Source: Eledone cirrhosa (lineage: Eukaryota). Taken from it: a stretch of 64,000 nt of DNA. The stretch lies in the NCBI GenBank assembly GCA_964016885.1, contig OZ024741.1, positions 5,828,001 through 5,892,000 of the forward strand, written 5' to 3'. The notes under the pieces are model-generated. The model searched no databases. It was not told the origin of the DNA and saw only the letters and a list, made by a program, of their open reading frames with translations. A program made the translations under genes and the position numbers. This document shows positions 44,801 to 58,900 of this stretch, piece after piece (position 1 is the first letter of the stretch; every line of letters starts with the position of its first letter).

Positions 44801-47800
44801 CACTAATTACCTCACAGAGTATCTTAGTTAGTTATGAAGGTCTTACTAACATGTCACCCCTAACACTAATTACCTCACAGAATATCTCAACTGTGAAGGT
44901 CTTACTAACATGTCACCCCTAACACTAATTACCTCACAGAATATCTCAGATGTGAAGGTCTAATTAACATGTCACCCCTAACACTAATTACCTCACAGAG
45001 TATCTTAGATGTGAAGGTATTACTAACATGTCACCCCTAACACTAATTACCTCACAGAATATCTCAGATGTGAAGGTCTTACTAACATGTCACCCCTAAC
45101 ACTAATTACCTCACAGAATATCTCAACTGTGAAGGTCTTACTAACATGTCACCCCTAACACTAATTATCTCACAGAATATCTCAGCTGTGAAGGTCTTAC
45201 TAACATGTCACCCCTAACACTAATTACCTCACAGAATATCTCAGATGTGAAGGTCTTACTAACATGTCACCCCTAACACTAATTATCTCACAGAATATCT
45301 CAGATGTGAATGTCTTACTAACATGTCACCCCTAACACTAATTATCTCACACAATATCTCAGATGTGAAGGTCTTATTAACATGTCACCCCCAACACTAA
45401 TTATCTCACAGAATATCTCAGATGTGAAGGTCTTACTAACATGTCACCCCTAACACTAATTACCTAACAGAATATCTCAGCTGTGAAGGTCTTACTAACG
45501 TGTGACGCCTAATACTAATTATCTCACAGAATATCTCAGATGTGAAGGTCTTAATAACATGTCACCCCTAACACTAATTACCTCACAGAATATCTCAGTT
45601 GTGAAGGTCTTACTAACATGTCACCCCTAACAATAATTACCTCACAGAATATCTCAGCTGTGAAGGTCTAATTAACATGTCACCCCTAACACTAATTACC
45701 TCACAGAATATCTCAGATGTGAAGGTCTTACTAACATGTCATCCCTAACACTAATTACCTCACAAAAGATCTCAGCTGTGAAGGTCTTACTAACATGTCA
45801 CCCCTAACACTAATTACCTCACAAAATATCTCAGTTGTGAAAGTCTTACTAACATGTCACCCCTAGCACTAATTACATCACAGAATATCTTAATTGTGAA
45901 GGTCTTACTAACATGTCACCCCTAACACTAATTATCTCACAGAATATCTCAACTGTGAAGGTCTTACTAACATGTCACCCCTAACACTAATTATCTCACA
46001 GGATATCTCAGATGTGAAGGTCTTACTAACATGTCACCCCTAACACTAATTATCTCACAGAATATCTCAGTTGTGAAGGTCTTACTAACATGTCACCCCT
46101 AACACTAATTACCTCACAGAATATCTCAGATGTGAAGGTCTTACTAACATGTCACCCCTAACACTAATTACCTAACAGAATATCTCAGCTGTGAAGGTCT
46201 TACTAACGTGTGACGCCTAATACTAATTATCTCACAGAATATCTCAGATGTGAAGGTCTTAATAACATGTCACCCCTAACACTAATTACCTCACAGAATA
46301 TCTCAGTTGTGAAGGTCTTACTAACATGTCACCGCTACCACTAATTATCTCACAGAATATCTCAGCTGTGAAGGTCTTACTAACATGTCACCCCTAACAC
46401 TAATTATCTCACAGAATATCTCAACTGTGAAGGTCTTACTAACATGTCACCCCTAACACTAATTATCTCACAGGATATCTCAGATGTGAAGGTCTTACTA
46501 ACATGTCACCCCTAACACTAATTATCTCACAGAATATCTCAGTTGTGAAGGTCTTACTAACATGTCACCCCTAACACTAATTACCTCACAGAATATCTCA
46601 GATGTGAAGGTCTTACTAACATGTCACCACTAACACTAATTATCTCACAGAATATCTCAACTGTGAAGGTCTTACTAACATGTCACCCCTAACACTAATT
46701 ATCTCACAGAATATCTCAGATGTGAAGGTCTTACTAACATGTCACCCCTAACACTAATTATCTCACAGAATATCTCAACTGTGAAGGTCTTACTAACATG
46801 TCACCCCTAACACTAATTATCTCACAGAATATCTCAGATGTGAATGTCTTACTAACATGTCACCCCTAACACCAATTATCTCACAGAATATCTCAGCTGT
46901 GAAGGTCTTACTAACATGTCACCCCTAACACTAATTACCTCACAGAATATCTCAGCTGTGAAGGTCTTACTAACATGTCACCCCTAACACTAATTATCTC
47001 ACAGAATATCTCAGATGTGAAGGTCTTACTAACATGTCACACCTAACACTAATTGTCTCACAGAATATCTCAGATGTGAAGGTCTTACTAACATGTCACC
47101 CCTAACACTAATTATCTCACAGAATATCTCAGATGTGAAGGTCTTACTAACATGTCACCCCTAACACTAATTACCTCACAGAATATCTCAGCTGTGAAGG
47201 TCTTACTAACATGTCACCCCTAACACGAATTACCTCACACAATATCTCAACTGTGAAGGTCTTACTAACATGTCACCCCTAACACTAATTACCTCACAGA
47301 ATATCTCAGCTGTGAAGGTCTTACTAACATATCATCCCTAACACTAATTACCTCACAGAATATCTCAGCTGTGAAGGTCTTACTAACATGTCACCCCTAA
47401 CACTAATTACCTCAGAGAATATCACAGCTGTGAAGGTCTTACTAACATGTCACCCCTAACACTAATTATCTCACACAATATCTCAGTTGTGAAGGTCTTA
47501 CTAACATGTCACCCCTAACACTAATTACATCACAGAATATCTCAGCTGTGAAGGTCTAATTAACATGTCACCCCTAACACTAATTACCTCACACAATATC
47601 TCAGATGTGAAGGTCTTACTAACATGTCACCCCTAACACTAATTACCTCACAGAGTATCTAAGTTAGTTATGAAGGTCTTACTAACATGTCACCCCTAAC
47701 ACTAATTACCTCACAGAATATCTCAACTGTGAAGGTCTTACTAACATGTCACCCCTAACACTAATTACCTCACAGAGTATCTTAGATGTGAAGGTCTTAC

Positions 47801-50800
47801 TAACATGTCACCCCTAACACTAATTACCTCACAGAATATCTCAGATGTGAAGGTCTAATTAACATGTCACCCCTAACACTAATTACCTCACAGAGTATCT
47901 TAGATGTGAAGGTATTACTAACATGTCACCCCTAACACTAATTACCTCACAGAATATCTCAGATGTGAAGGTCTTACTAACATGTCACCCCTAACACTAA
48001 TTACCTCACAGAATATCTCAACTGTGAAGGTCTTACTAACATGTCACCCCTAACACTAATTATCGCACAGAATATCTCAGATGTGAATGTCTTACTAACA
48101 TGTCACCCCTAACACTAATTATCTCACACAATATCTCAGATGTGAAGGTCTTACTAACATGTCACCCCCAACACTAATTATCTCACAGAATATCTCAGAT
48201 GTGAAGGTCTTACTAACATGTCACCCCTAACACTAATTACCTAACAGAATATCTCAGCTGTGAAGGTCTTACTAACATGTGACGCCTAATACTAATTATC
48301 TCACAGAATATCTCAGATGTGAAGGTCTTAATAACATGTCACCCCTAACACTAATTACCTCACAGAATATCTCAGTTGTGAAGGTCTTACTAACATGTCA
48401 CCGCTACCACTAATTATCTCACAGAATATCTCAGCTGTGAAGGTCTTACTAACATGTCACCCCTAACACTAATTATCTCACAGAATATCTCAACTGTGAA
48501 GGTCTTACTAACATGTCACCCCTAACACTAATTATCTCACAGGATATCTCAGATGTGAAGGTCTTACTAACATGTCACCCCTAACACTAATTATCTCACA
48601 GAATATCTCAGTTGTGAAGGTCTTACTAACATGTCACCCCTAACACTAATTACCTCACAGAATATCTCAGATGTGAAGGTCTTACTAACATGTCACCCCT
48701 AACACTAATTATCTCACAGAATATCTCAACTGTGAAGGTCTTACTAACATGTCACCCCTAACACTAATTATCTCACAGAATATCTCAGATGTGAATGTCT
48801 TACTAACATGTCACCCCTAACACCAATTATTTCACAGAATATCTCAACTGTGAAGGTCTTACTAACATGTCACCCCTAACACTAATTACCTCACAGAATA
48901 TCTCAGCTGTGAAGGTCTTACTAACATGTCACCCCTAACACTAATTATCTCACAGAATATCTCAGATGTGAAGGTCTTACTAACATGTCACACCTAACAC
49001 TAATTGTCTCACAGAATATCTCAGATGTGAAGGTCTTACTAACATGTCACCCCTAACACTAATTATCTCACAGAATATCTCAGCTGTGAAGGTCTAATTA
49101 ACATGTCACCCCTAACACGAATTACCTCACACAATATCTCAACTGTGAAGGTCTTACTAACATGTCACCCCTAACACTAATTACCTCACAGAATATCTCA
49201 GCTGTGAAGGTCTTACTAACATATCATCCCTAACACTAATTACCTCACAGAATATCTCAGGTGTGAAGGTCTTACTAACATGTCACCCCTAACACTAATT
49301 ACCTCAGAGAATATCACAGCTGTGAAGGTCTTACTAACATGTCACCCCTAACACTAATTATCTCACACAATATCTCAGTTGTGAAGGTCTTACTAACATG
49401 TCACCCCTAACACTAATTACATCACAGAATATCTCAGCTGTGAAGGTCTAATTAACATGTCACCCCTAACACTAATTACCTCACACAATATCTCAGATGT
49501 GAAGGTCTTACTAACATGTCACCCCTAACACTAATTACCTCACAGAGTATCTTAGTTAGTTATGAAGGTCTTAATAACATGTCACCCCTAACACTAATTA
49601 CCTCACAGAATATCTCAACTGTGAAGGTCTTACTAACATGTCAGCCCTAACACTATTTACCTCACAGAGTATCTTAGATGTGAATGTCTTACTAACATGT
49701 CACCCCTAACACTAATTACCTCACAGAATATCTCAGATGTGAAGGTCTAATTAACATGTCACCCCTAACACTAATTACCTCACAGAGTATCTTAGATGTG
49801 AAGGTATTACTAACATGTCACCCCTAACACTAATTACCTCACAGAATATCTCAGATGTGAAGGTCTTACTAACATGTCACCCCTAACACTAATTACCTCA
49901 CAGAATATCTCAACTGTGAAGGTCTTACTAACATGTCACCCCTAACACTAATTATCTCACAGAATATCTCAGCTGTGAAGGTCTTACTAACATGTCACCC
50001 CTAACACTAATTCCCTCACAGAATATCTCAGCTGTGAAGGTCTTACTAACATGTCACCCCTAACACTAATTATCTCACAGAATATCTCAGATGTGAATGT
50101 CTTACTAACATGTCACCCCTAACACTAATTATCTCACAGAATATCTCAGATGTGAAGGTCTTAATAACATGTCACCCCTAACACTAATTACCTCACAGAA
50201 TATCTCAGTTGTGAAGGTCTTACTAACATGTCACCCCTAACAATAATTACCTCACAGAATATCTCAGCTGTGAAGGTCTAATTAACATGTCACCCCTAAC
50301 ACTAATTACCTCACAGAATATCTCAGATGTGAAGGTCTTACTAACATGTCATCCCTAACACTAATTACCTCACAAAAGATCTCAGCTGTGAAGGTCTTAC
50401 TAACATGTCACCCCTAACACTAATTACCTCACAAAATATCTCAGTTGTGAAAGTCTTACTAACATGTCACCCCTAGCACTAATTACATCACAGAATATCT
50501 TAATTGTGAAGGTCTTACTAACATGTCACCCCTAACACTAATTATCTCACAGAATATCTCAACTGTGAAGGTCTTACTAACATGTCACCCCTAACACTAA
50601 TTATCTCACAGGATATCTCAGATGTGAAGGTCTTACTAACATGTCACCCCTAACACTAATTATCTCACAGAATATCTCAGTTGTGAAGGTCTTACTAACA
50701 TGTCACCCCTAACACTAATTACCTCACAGAATATCTCAGATGTGAAGGTCTTACTAACATGTCACCCCTAACACTAATTATCTCACAGAATATCTCAACT
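41360..50800. repeat. Older tandem duplication of about 4.7-4.8 kb (80-81 monomers) with whole-monomer indels; ends approximate
   Basis: The GTCACCACTAAC/AACT monomer (41836/46623) is offset by 4787 = 81x59 + 8. The GGTCTAATT monomer immediately followed by a CACGAATT monomer (44377/49105) is offset by 4728 = 80x59 + 8. Confidence 0.72.
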
Positions 50801-53800
50801 GTGAAGGTCTTACTAACATGTCACCCCTAACACTAATTATCTCACAGAATATCTCAGATGTGAATGTCTTACTAACATGTCACCCCTAACACTAATTATC
50901 TCACAGAATATCTCAGCTGTGAAGGTCTTACTAACATGTCACCCCTAACACTAATTACCTCACACAATATCTCAACTGTGAAGGTCTTACTAACATGTCA
51001 GCCCTAACACTAATTACCTCAGAGAATATCACAGCTGTGAAGGTCTTACTAACATGTCACCCCTAACACTAATTACCTCACACAATATCTCAACTGTGAA
51101 GGTCTTACTAACATGTCACCACTAACACTAATTATCTCACAGAATATCTCAGCTGTGAAGGTCTTACTAACATGTCACCCCTAACACTAATTACCTCACA
51201 CAATATCTCAACTGTGAAGGTCTTACTAACATGTCAGCCCTAACACTAATTACCTCAGAGAATATCTCAGCTGTGAAGGTCTTACTAACATGTCACCCCT
51301 AACACTAATTACCTCAGAGAATATCACAGCTGTGAAGGTCTTACTAACATGTCACCCCTAACACTAATTATCTCACACAATATCTCAGTTGTGAAGGTCT
51401 TACTAACATGTCACCCCTAACACTAATTACCTCACACAATATCTCAGATGTGAAGGTCTTACTAACATGTCACCCCTAACACTAATTACCTCACAGAGTA
51501 TCTTAGATGTGAAGGTCTTACTAACATGTCACCCCTAACACTAATTACCTCACAGAATATCTCAAATGTGAAGGTCTTACTAACATGTCACCCCTAACAC
51601 TAATTACCTCACAGAGTATCTTAGATGTGAAGGTCTTACTAACATGTCACCCCTAACACTAATTACCTCACAGAATATCTCAGATGTGAAGGTCTAATTA
51701 ACATGTCACCCCTAACACTAATTACCTCACAGAGTATCTTAGATGTGAAGGTATTACTAACATGTCACCCCTAACACTAATTACCTCACAGAATATCTCA
51801 GATGTGAAGGTCTTACTAACATGTCACCCCTAACACTAATTTCCTCACAGAATATCTCAACTGTGAAGGTCTTACTAACATGTCACCCCTAACACTAATT
51901 ATCTCACAGAATATCTCAGCTGTGAAGGTCTTACTAACATGTCACCCCTAACACTAATTACCTCACAGAATATCTCAGATGTGAAGGTCTTACTAACATG
52001 TCACCCCTAACACTAATTATCTCACAGAATATCTCAGATGTGAATGTCTTACTAACATGTCACCCCTAACACTAATTACCTAACAGAATATCTCAGCTGT
52101 GCAGGTCTTACTAACGTGTGACGCCTAATACTAATTATCTCACAGAATATCTCAGATGTGAAGGTCTTAATAACATGTCACCCCTAACACTAATTACCTC
52201 ACAGAATATCTCAGTTGTGAAGGTCTTACTAACATGTCACCCCTAACACTAATTACATCACAGAATATCTCAGCTGTGAAGGTCTAATTAACATGTCACC
52301 CCTAACACTAATTACCTCACAGAATATCTCAGATGTGAAGGTCTTACTAACATGTCACCCCTAACACTAATTACCTCACAAAATATCTCAGTTGTGAAAG
52401 TCTTACTAACATGTCACCCCTAGCACTAATTACATCACAGAATATCTTAATTGTGAAGGTCTTACTAACATGTCACCCCTAACACTAATTATCTCACAGA
52501 ATATCTCAACTGTGAAGGTCTTACTAACATGTCACCCCTAACACTAATTACATCACAGAATATCTCAGCTGTGAAGGTCTAATTAACATGTCACCCCTAA
52601 CACTAATTACCTCACAGAATATCTCAGATGTGAGGGTCTTACTAACATGTCACCCCTAACACTAATTATCTCACAGAATATCTCAGATGTGAATGTCTTA
52701 CTAACATGTCACCCCTAACACTAATTATCTCACAGAATATCTCAGTTGTGAAGGTCTTACTAACATGTCACCCCTAACACTAATTACCTCACACAATATC
52801 TCAGATGTGAAGGTCTTACTAACATGTCACCCCTAACACTAATTATCTCACAGAATATCTCAGATGTGAATGTCTTACTAACATGTCACCCCTAACACTA
52901 ATTATCTCACAGAATATCTCAGTTGTGAAGGTCTTACTAACATGTCACCCCTAACACTAATTACCTCACACAATATCTGAGATGTGAAGGTCTTACTAAC
53001 ATGTCACCCCTAACACTAATTATCTCACAGAATATCTCAGCTGTGAAGGTCTTACTAACATGTCACCCCTAACACTAATTATCTCACAGAATATCTCAGC
53101 TGTGAAGCTCTTACTAACATGTCACCCCTAACACTAATTATCTCACAGAATATCTCAGTTGTGAAGGTCTTACTAACATGTCACCCCTAACACTAATTAT
53201 CTCACAGAATATCTCAGATGTGAAGGTCTTACTAACATGTCACCCCTAACACTAATTACCTCACAGCATATCTCAGCTGTGAAGGTCTTACTAACATGTC
53301 ACCCCTAACACGAATTACCTCACACAAAATCTCAACTGTGAAGGTCTTACTAACATGTCACCCCTAACACTAATTACCTCACAGAATATCTCAGCTGTGA
53401 AGGTCTTACTAACATATAATCCCTAACACTAATTACCTCACAGAATATCTCAGCTGTGAAGGTCTTACTAACATGTCACCCCTAACACTAATTATCTCAC
53501 ACAATATCTCAGTTGTGAAGGTCTTACTAACATGTCACCCCTAACACTAATTACATCACAGAATATCTCAGCTGTGAAGGTCTAATTAACATGTCACCCC
53601 TAACACTAATTACCTCACACAATATCTCAGATGTGAAGGTCTTACTAACATGTCACCCCTAACACTAATTACCTCACAGAGTATCTTAGATGTGAAGGTC
53701 TTACTAACATGTCACCCCTAACACTAATTACCTCACAGAATATCTCAACTGTGAAGGTCTTACTAACATGTCACCCCTAACACTAATTACCTCACAGAGT

Positions 53801-54299
53801 ATCTTAGATGTGAAGGTCTTACTAACATGTCACCCCTAACACTAATTACCTCACAGAATATCTCAGATGTGAAGGTCTAATTAACATGTCACCCCTAACA
53901 CTAATTACCTCACAGAGTATCTTAGATGTGAAGGTATTACTAACATGTCACCCCTAACACTAATTACCTCACAGAATATCTCAGATGTGAAGGTCTTACT
54001 AACATGTCACCCCTAACACTAATTACCTCACAGAATATCTCAACTGTGAAGGTCTTACTAACATGTCACCCCTAACACTAATTATCTCACAGAATATCTC
54101 AGCTGTGAAGGTCTTACTAACATGTCACCCCTAACACTAATTACCTCACAGAATATCTCAGATGTGAAGGTCTTACTAACATGTCACCCCTAACACTAAT
54201 TATCTCACAGAATATCTCAGCTGTGAAGGTCTTACTAACATGTCACCCCTAACACTAATTACCTCACAGAATATCTCAGATGTGAAGGTCTTACTAACA

Positions 54300-57200
54300 T
54301 GTCACCCCTAACACTAATTACCTAACAGAATATCTCAGCTGTGAAGGTCTTACTAACATGTGACGCCTAATACTAATTATCTCACAGAATATCTCAGTTG
54401 TGAAGGTCTTACTAACATGTCACCGCTAACACTAATTACCTCACAAAATATCTCAGTTGTGAAAGTCTTACTAACATGTCACCCCTAGCACTAATTACAT
54501 CACCAAATATCTTAATTGTGAAGGTCTTACTAACATGTCACCCCTAACACTAATTACATCACAGAATATCTCAATTGTGAAGGTCTTATTAACATGTCAC
54601 CCGTAACACTAATTACCTCACACAATATCTCAGCTGTGAAGGTCTAATTAACATGTCACCCCTAACACTAATTACCTCAAAGAATATCTCAACTCTGAAG
54701 GTCTTACTAACATGTCACCCCTAACATTAATTACCTCACAGAATATCTCAGCTGTGCAGGTCTTACAAACATGTCACCCCTAACACTGATTATCTCACAG
54801 AGTATCTCAGCTGTGAAGGTCTTACTAACATGTCACCCCTAACACAAATTACCTCACACAATATCTCAGCTGTGAAGGTCTTACTAACATGTCACCCCTA
54901 ACACTAATTATCTCACAGAATATCTCAGCTGTGAAGGTCTTACGAACATGTCACCCCTAACACTAATTATCTCACAGAATATCTCAGCTGTGAAGGTCTT
55001 ACGAACATGTCACCCCTAACACTAATTATCTCACAGAATATCTCAGCTGTGAAGGTCTTACTAACATATCATCCCTAACACTAATTACCTCACAGAATAT
55101 CTCAGCTGTGAAGGTCTTACTAACACGTCACCCCTAACACTAATTACCTCCGAGAATATCACAGCTGTGAAGGTCTTATTAACATGTCACCCCTAACACT
55201 AATATTCTCACACAATATCTCAGTTGTGAAGGTCTTACTAACATGTCACCCCTAACACTAATTACATCACAGAATATCTCAGGTGTGAAGGTCTAATTAA
55301 CATGTCACCCCTAACACTAATTACCTCACAGAATATCTCAGATGTGAAGGTCTTATTAACATGTCACCCCTAACACTAATTACCTCACAGAGTATCTTAG
55401 ATGTGAAGGTCTTACTAACATGTCACCCCCAACACTAATTACCTCACAGAATATCTCAGATGTGAAGGTCTAATTAACATGTCACCCCTAACACTAATTA
55501 CCTCACAGAGTATCTTAGATGTGAAGGTCTTACTAACATGTCACCCCTAACACTAATTACCTCACAGAATATCTCAGATGTGAAGGTCTTACTAACATGT
55601 CACCCCTAACACTAATTACCTCACAGAATATCGCAACTGTGAAGGTCTTACTAACCTGTCACCCCTAACACTAATTATCTCACAGAATATCTCATCTGTG
55701 AAGGTCTTACTAACATGTCACCACTAACACTAATTACCTCACAGAATATCTCATCTGTGAAGGTCTTACTAACATGTCACCACTAACACTAATTACCTCA
55801 CAGAATATCTCAGATGTGAAGGTCTTACTAACATGTCACCCCTAACACTAATTATCTCACAGAATATCTCAGATGTGAATGTCTTACTAACATGTCACCC
55901 CTAACACTAATTATCTCACACAATATCTCAGATGTGAAGGTCTTACTAACATGTCACCCCCAACACTAATTATCTCACACAATATCTCAGATGTGAAGGT
56001 CTTACTAACATGTCACCCCTAACACTAATTACCTAACAGAATATCTCAGCTGTGAAGGTCTTACTAACGTGTGACCCCTAACACTAATTATCTCACAGAA
56101 TATCTCAGAGCTGAAGGTCTTAATAACATGTCACCCCTAACACTAATTACCTCACAGAATATCTCAGTTGTGAAGGTCTTACTAACATGTCACCCCTAAC
56201 AATAATTACCTCACAGAATATCTCAGCTGTGAAGGTCTAATTAACATGTCACCCCTAACACTAATTACCTCACAGAATATCTCAGATGTGAAGGTCTTTC
56301 TAACATGTCATCCCTAACACTAATTACCTCACAAAATATCTCAGCCGTGAAGGTCTTATTAACATGTCACCCCTAACACTAATTACCTCACAAAATATCT
56401 CAGTTGTGAAAGTCTTACTAACATGTCACCCCTAACACTAATTACATCACAGAATGTCTTAATTGTGAAGGTCTTACTAACATGTCACCCCTAACACTAA
56501 TTATCTCACAGAATATCTCAGCTGTGAAGGTCTTACTAACATGTCACCCCTAACACTAATTACCTCACAGAATATCTCAGATGTGAAGGTCTTACTAACA
56601 TGTCACCCCTAACACTAATTATCTCACAGAATATCTCAGATGTGAATGTCTTACTAACATGTCACCGCTAACACTCATTATCTCACACAATATCTCAGAT
56701 GTGAAGGTGTTACTAACATGTCACCCCTAACACTAATTATCTCACAGAATATCTCAACTGTGAAGGTCTTACTAACATGTCACCCCCAACACTAATTATC
56801 TCACAGAATATCTCAGATGTGAAGGTCTTACTAACATGTCACCCCTAACACTAATTACCTAACAGAATATCTCAGCTGTGAAGGTCTTACTAACATGTGA
56901 CGCCTAATACTAATTATCTCACAGAATATCTCAGTTGTGAAGGTCTTACTAACATGTCACCCCTAACACTAATTACCTCACAAAATATCTCAGTTTTGAA
57001 AGTCTTACTAACATGTCACCCCTAGCACTAGTTACATCACAGAATATCTTAATTGTGAAGGTCTTACTAACATGTCACCCCTAACACTAATTACATCACA
57101 GAATATCTCAATTGTGAAGGTCTTATTAACATGTCACCCGTAACACTAATTACCTCACACAATATCTCAGCTGTGAAGGTCTAATTAACATGTCACCCCT

Positions 57201-58900
57201 AACACTAATTACCTCAAAGAATATCTGAACTCTGAAGGTCTTACTAACATGTCACCCCTAACATTAATTACCTCACAGAATATCTCAGCTGTGCAGGTCT
57301 TACAAACATGTCACCCCTAACACTGATTACCTCACACAATATCTCAGCTGTGAAGGTCTTACTAACATGTCACCCCTAACACTAATTATCTCACAGAATA
57401 TCTCAGCTGTGAAGGTCTTACGAACATGTCACCCCTAACACTAATTATCTCACAGAATATCTCAGCTGTGAAGGTCTTACTAACATATCATCCCTAACAC
57501 TAATTACCTCACAGAATATCTCAGCTGTGAAGGTCTTACTAACACGTCACCACTAACACTAATTACCTCAGAGAATATCACAGCTGTGAAGGTCTTATTA
57601 ACATGTCACCCCTAACACTAATATTCTCACACAATATCTCAGTTGTGAAGGTCTTACTAACATGTCAACCCTAACACTAATTACATCACAGAATATCTCA
57701 GGTGTGAAGGTCTAATTAACATGTCACCCCTAACACTAATTACCTCACACAATATCTCAGATGTGAAGGTCTTATTAACATGTCACCCCTAACACTAATT
57801 ACCTCACAGAGTATCTTAAATGTGAAGGTCTTACTAACTTGTCACCCCTAACACTAATTACCTCACAGAATATCTCAACTGTGAAGGTCTTACTAACATG
57901 TCACCCCTAACACTAATTACCTCACAGAGTATCTTAGATGTGAAGGTCTTACTAACATGTCACCCCCAACACTAATTACCTCACAGAATATCTCAGATGT
58001 GAAGGTCTAATTAACATGTCACCCCTAACACTAATTACCTCACAGAGTATCTTAGATGTGAAGGTCTTACTAACATGTCACCCCTAACACTAATTACCTC
58101 ACAGAATATCTCAGATGTGAAGGTCTTACTAACATGTCACCCCTAACACTAATTACCTCACAGAATATCTCAACTGTGAAGGTCTTACTAACATGTCACC
58201 CCTAACACTAATTATCTCACAGAATATCTCATCTGTGAAGGTCTTACTAACATGTCACCACTAACACTAATTACCTCACAGAATATCTCAGATGTGAAGG
58301 TCTTACTAACATGTCACCCCTAACACTAATTATCTCACAGAATATCTCAGATGTGAATGTCTTACTAACATGTCACCCCTAACACTAATTATCTCACACA
58401 ATATCTCAGATGTGAAGGTCTTACTAACATGTCACCCCCAACACTAATTATCTCACAGAATATCTCAGATGTGAAGGTCTTACTAACATGTCACCCCTAA
58501 CACTAATTACCTAACAGAATATCTCAGCTGTGAAGGTCTTACTAACATGTGACCCCTAACACTAATTATCTCACAGAATATCTCAGAGCTGAAGGTCTTA
58601 ATAACATGTCACCCCTAACACTAATTACCTCACAGAATATCTCAGTTGTGAAGGTCTTACTAACATGTCACCCCTAACAATAATTACCTCACAGAATATC
58701 TCAGCTGTGAAGGTCTAATTAACATGTCACCCCTAAAACTAATTACCTCACAGAATATCTCAGATGTGAAGGTCTTTCTAACATGTCATCCCTAACACTA
58801 ATTACCTCACAAAATATCTCAGCCGTGAAAGTCTTACTAACATGTCACCCCTAACACTAATTACATCACAGAATGTCTTAATTGTGAAGGTCTTACTAAC
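54300..58900. repeat. Two diverged copies of a 42-43-monomer higher-order unit; ends approximate
   Basis: GTGCAGGTCTTACAAAC (54757/57294) is offset by 2537 = 43x59, and CAGAGCTGAAG (56110/58588) by 2478 = 42x59. Both copies share AATATTCTC, TTACGAAC and AACACGTC variants. Confidence 0.85.
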
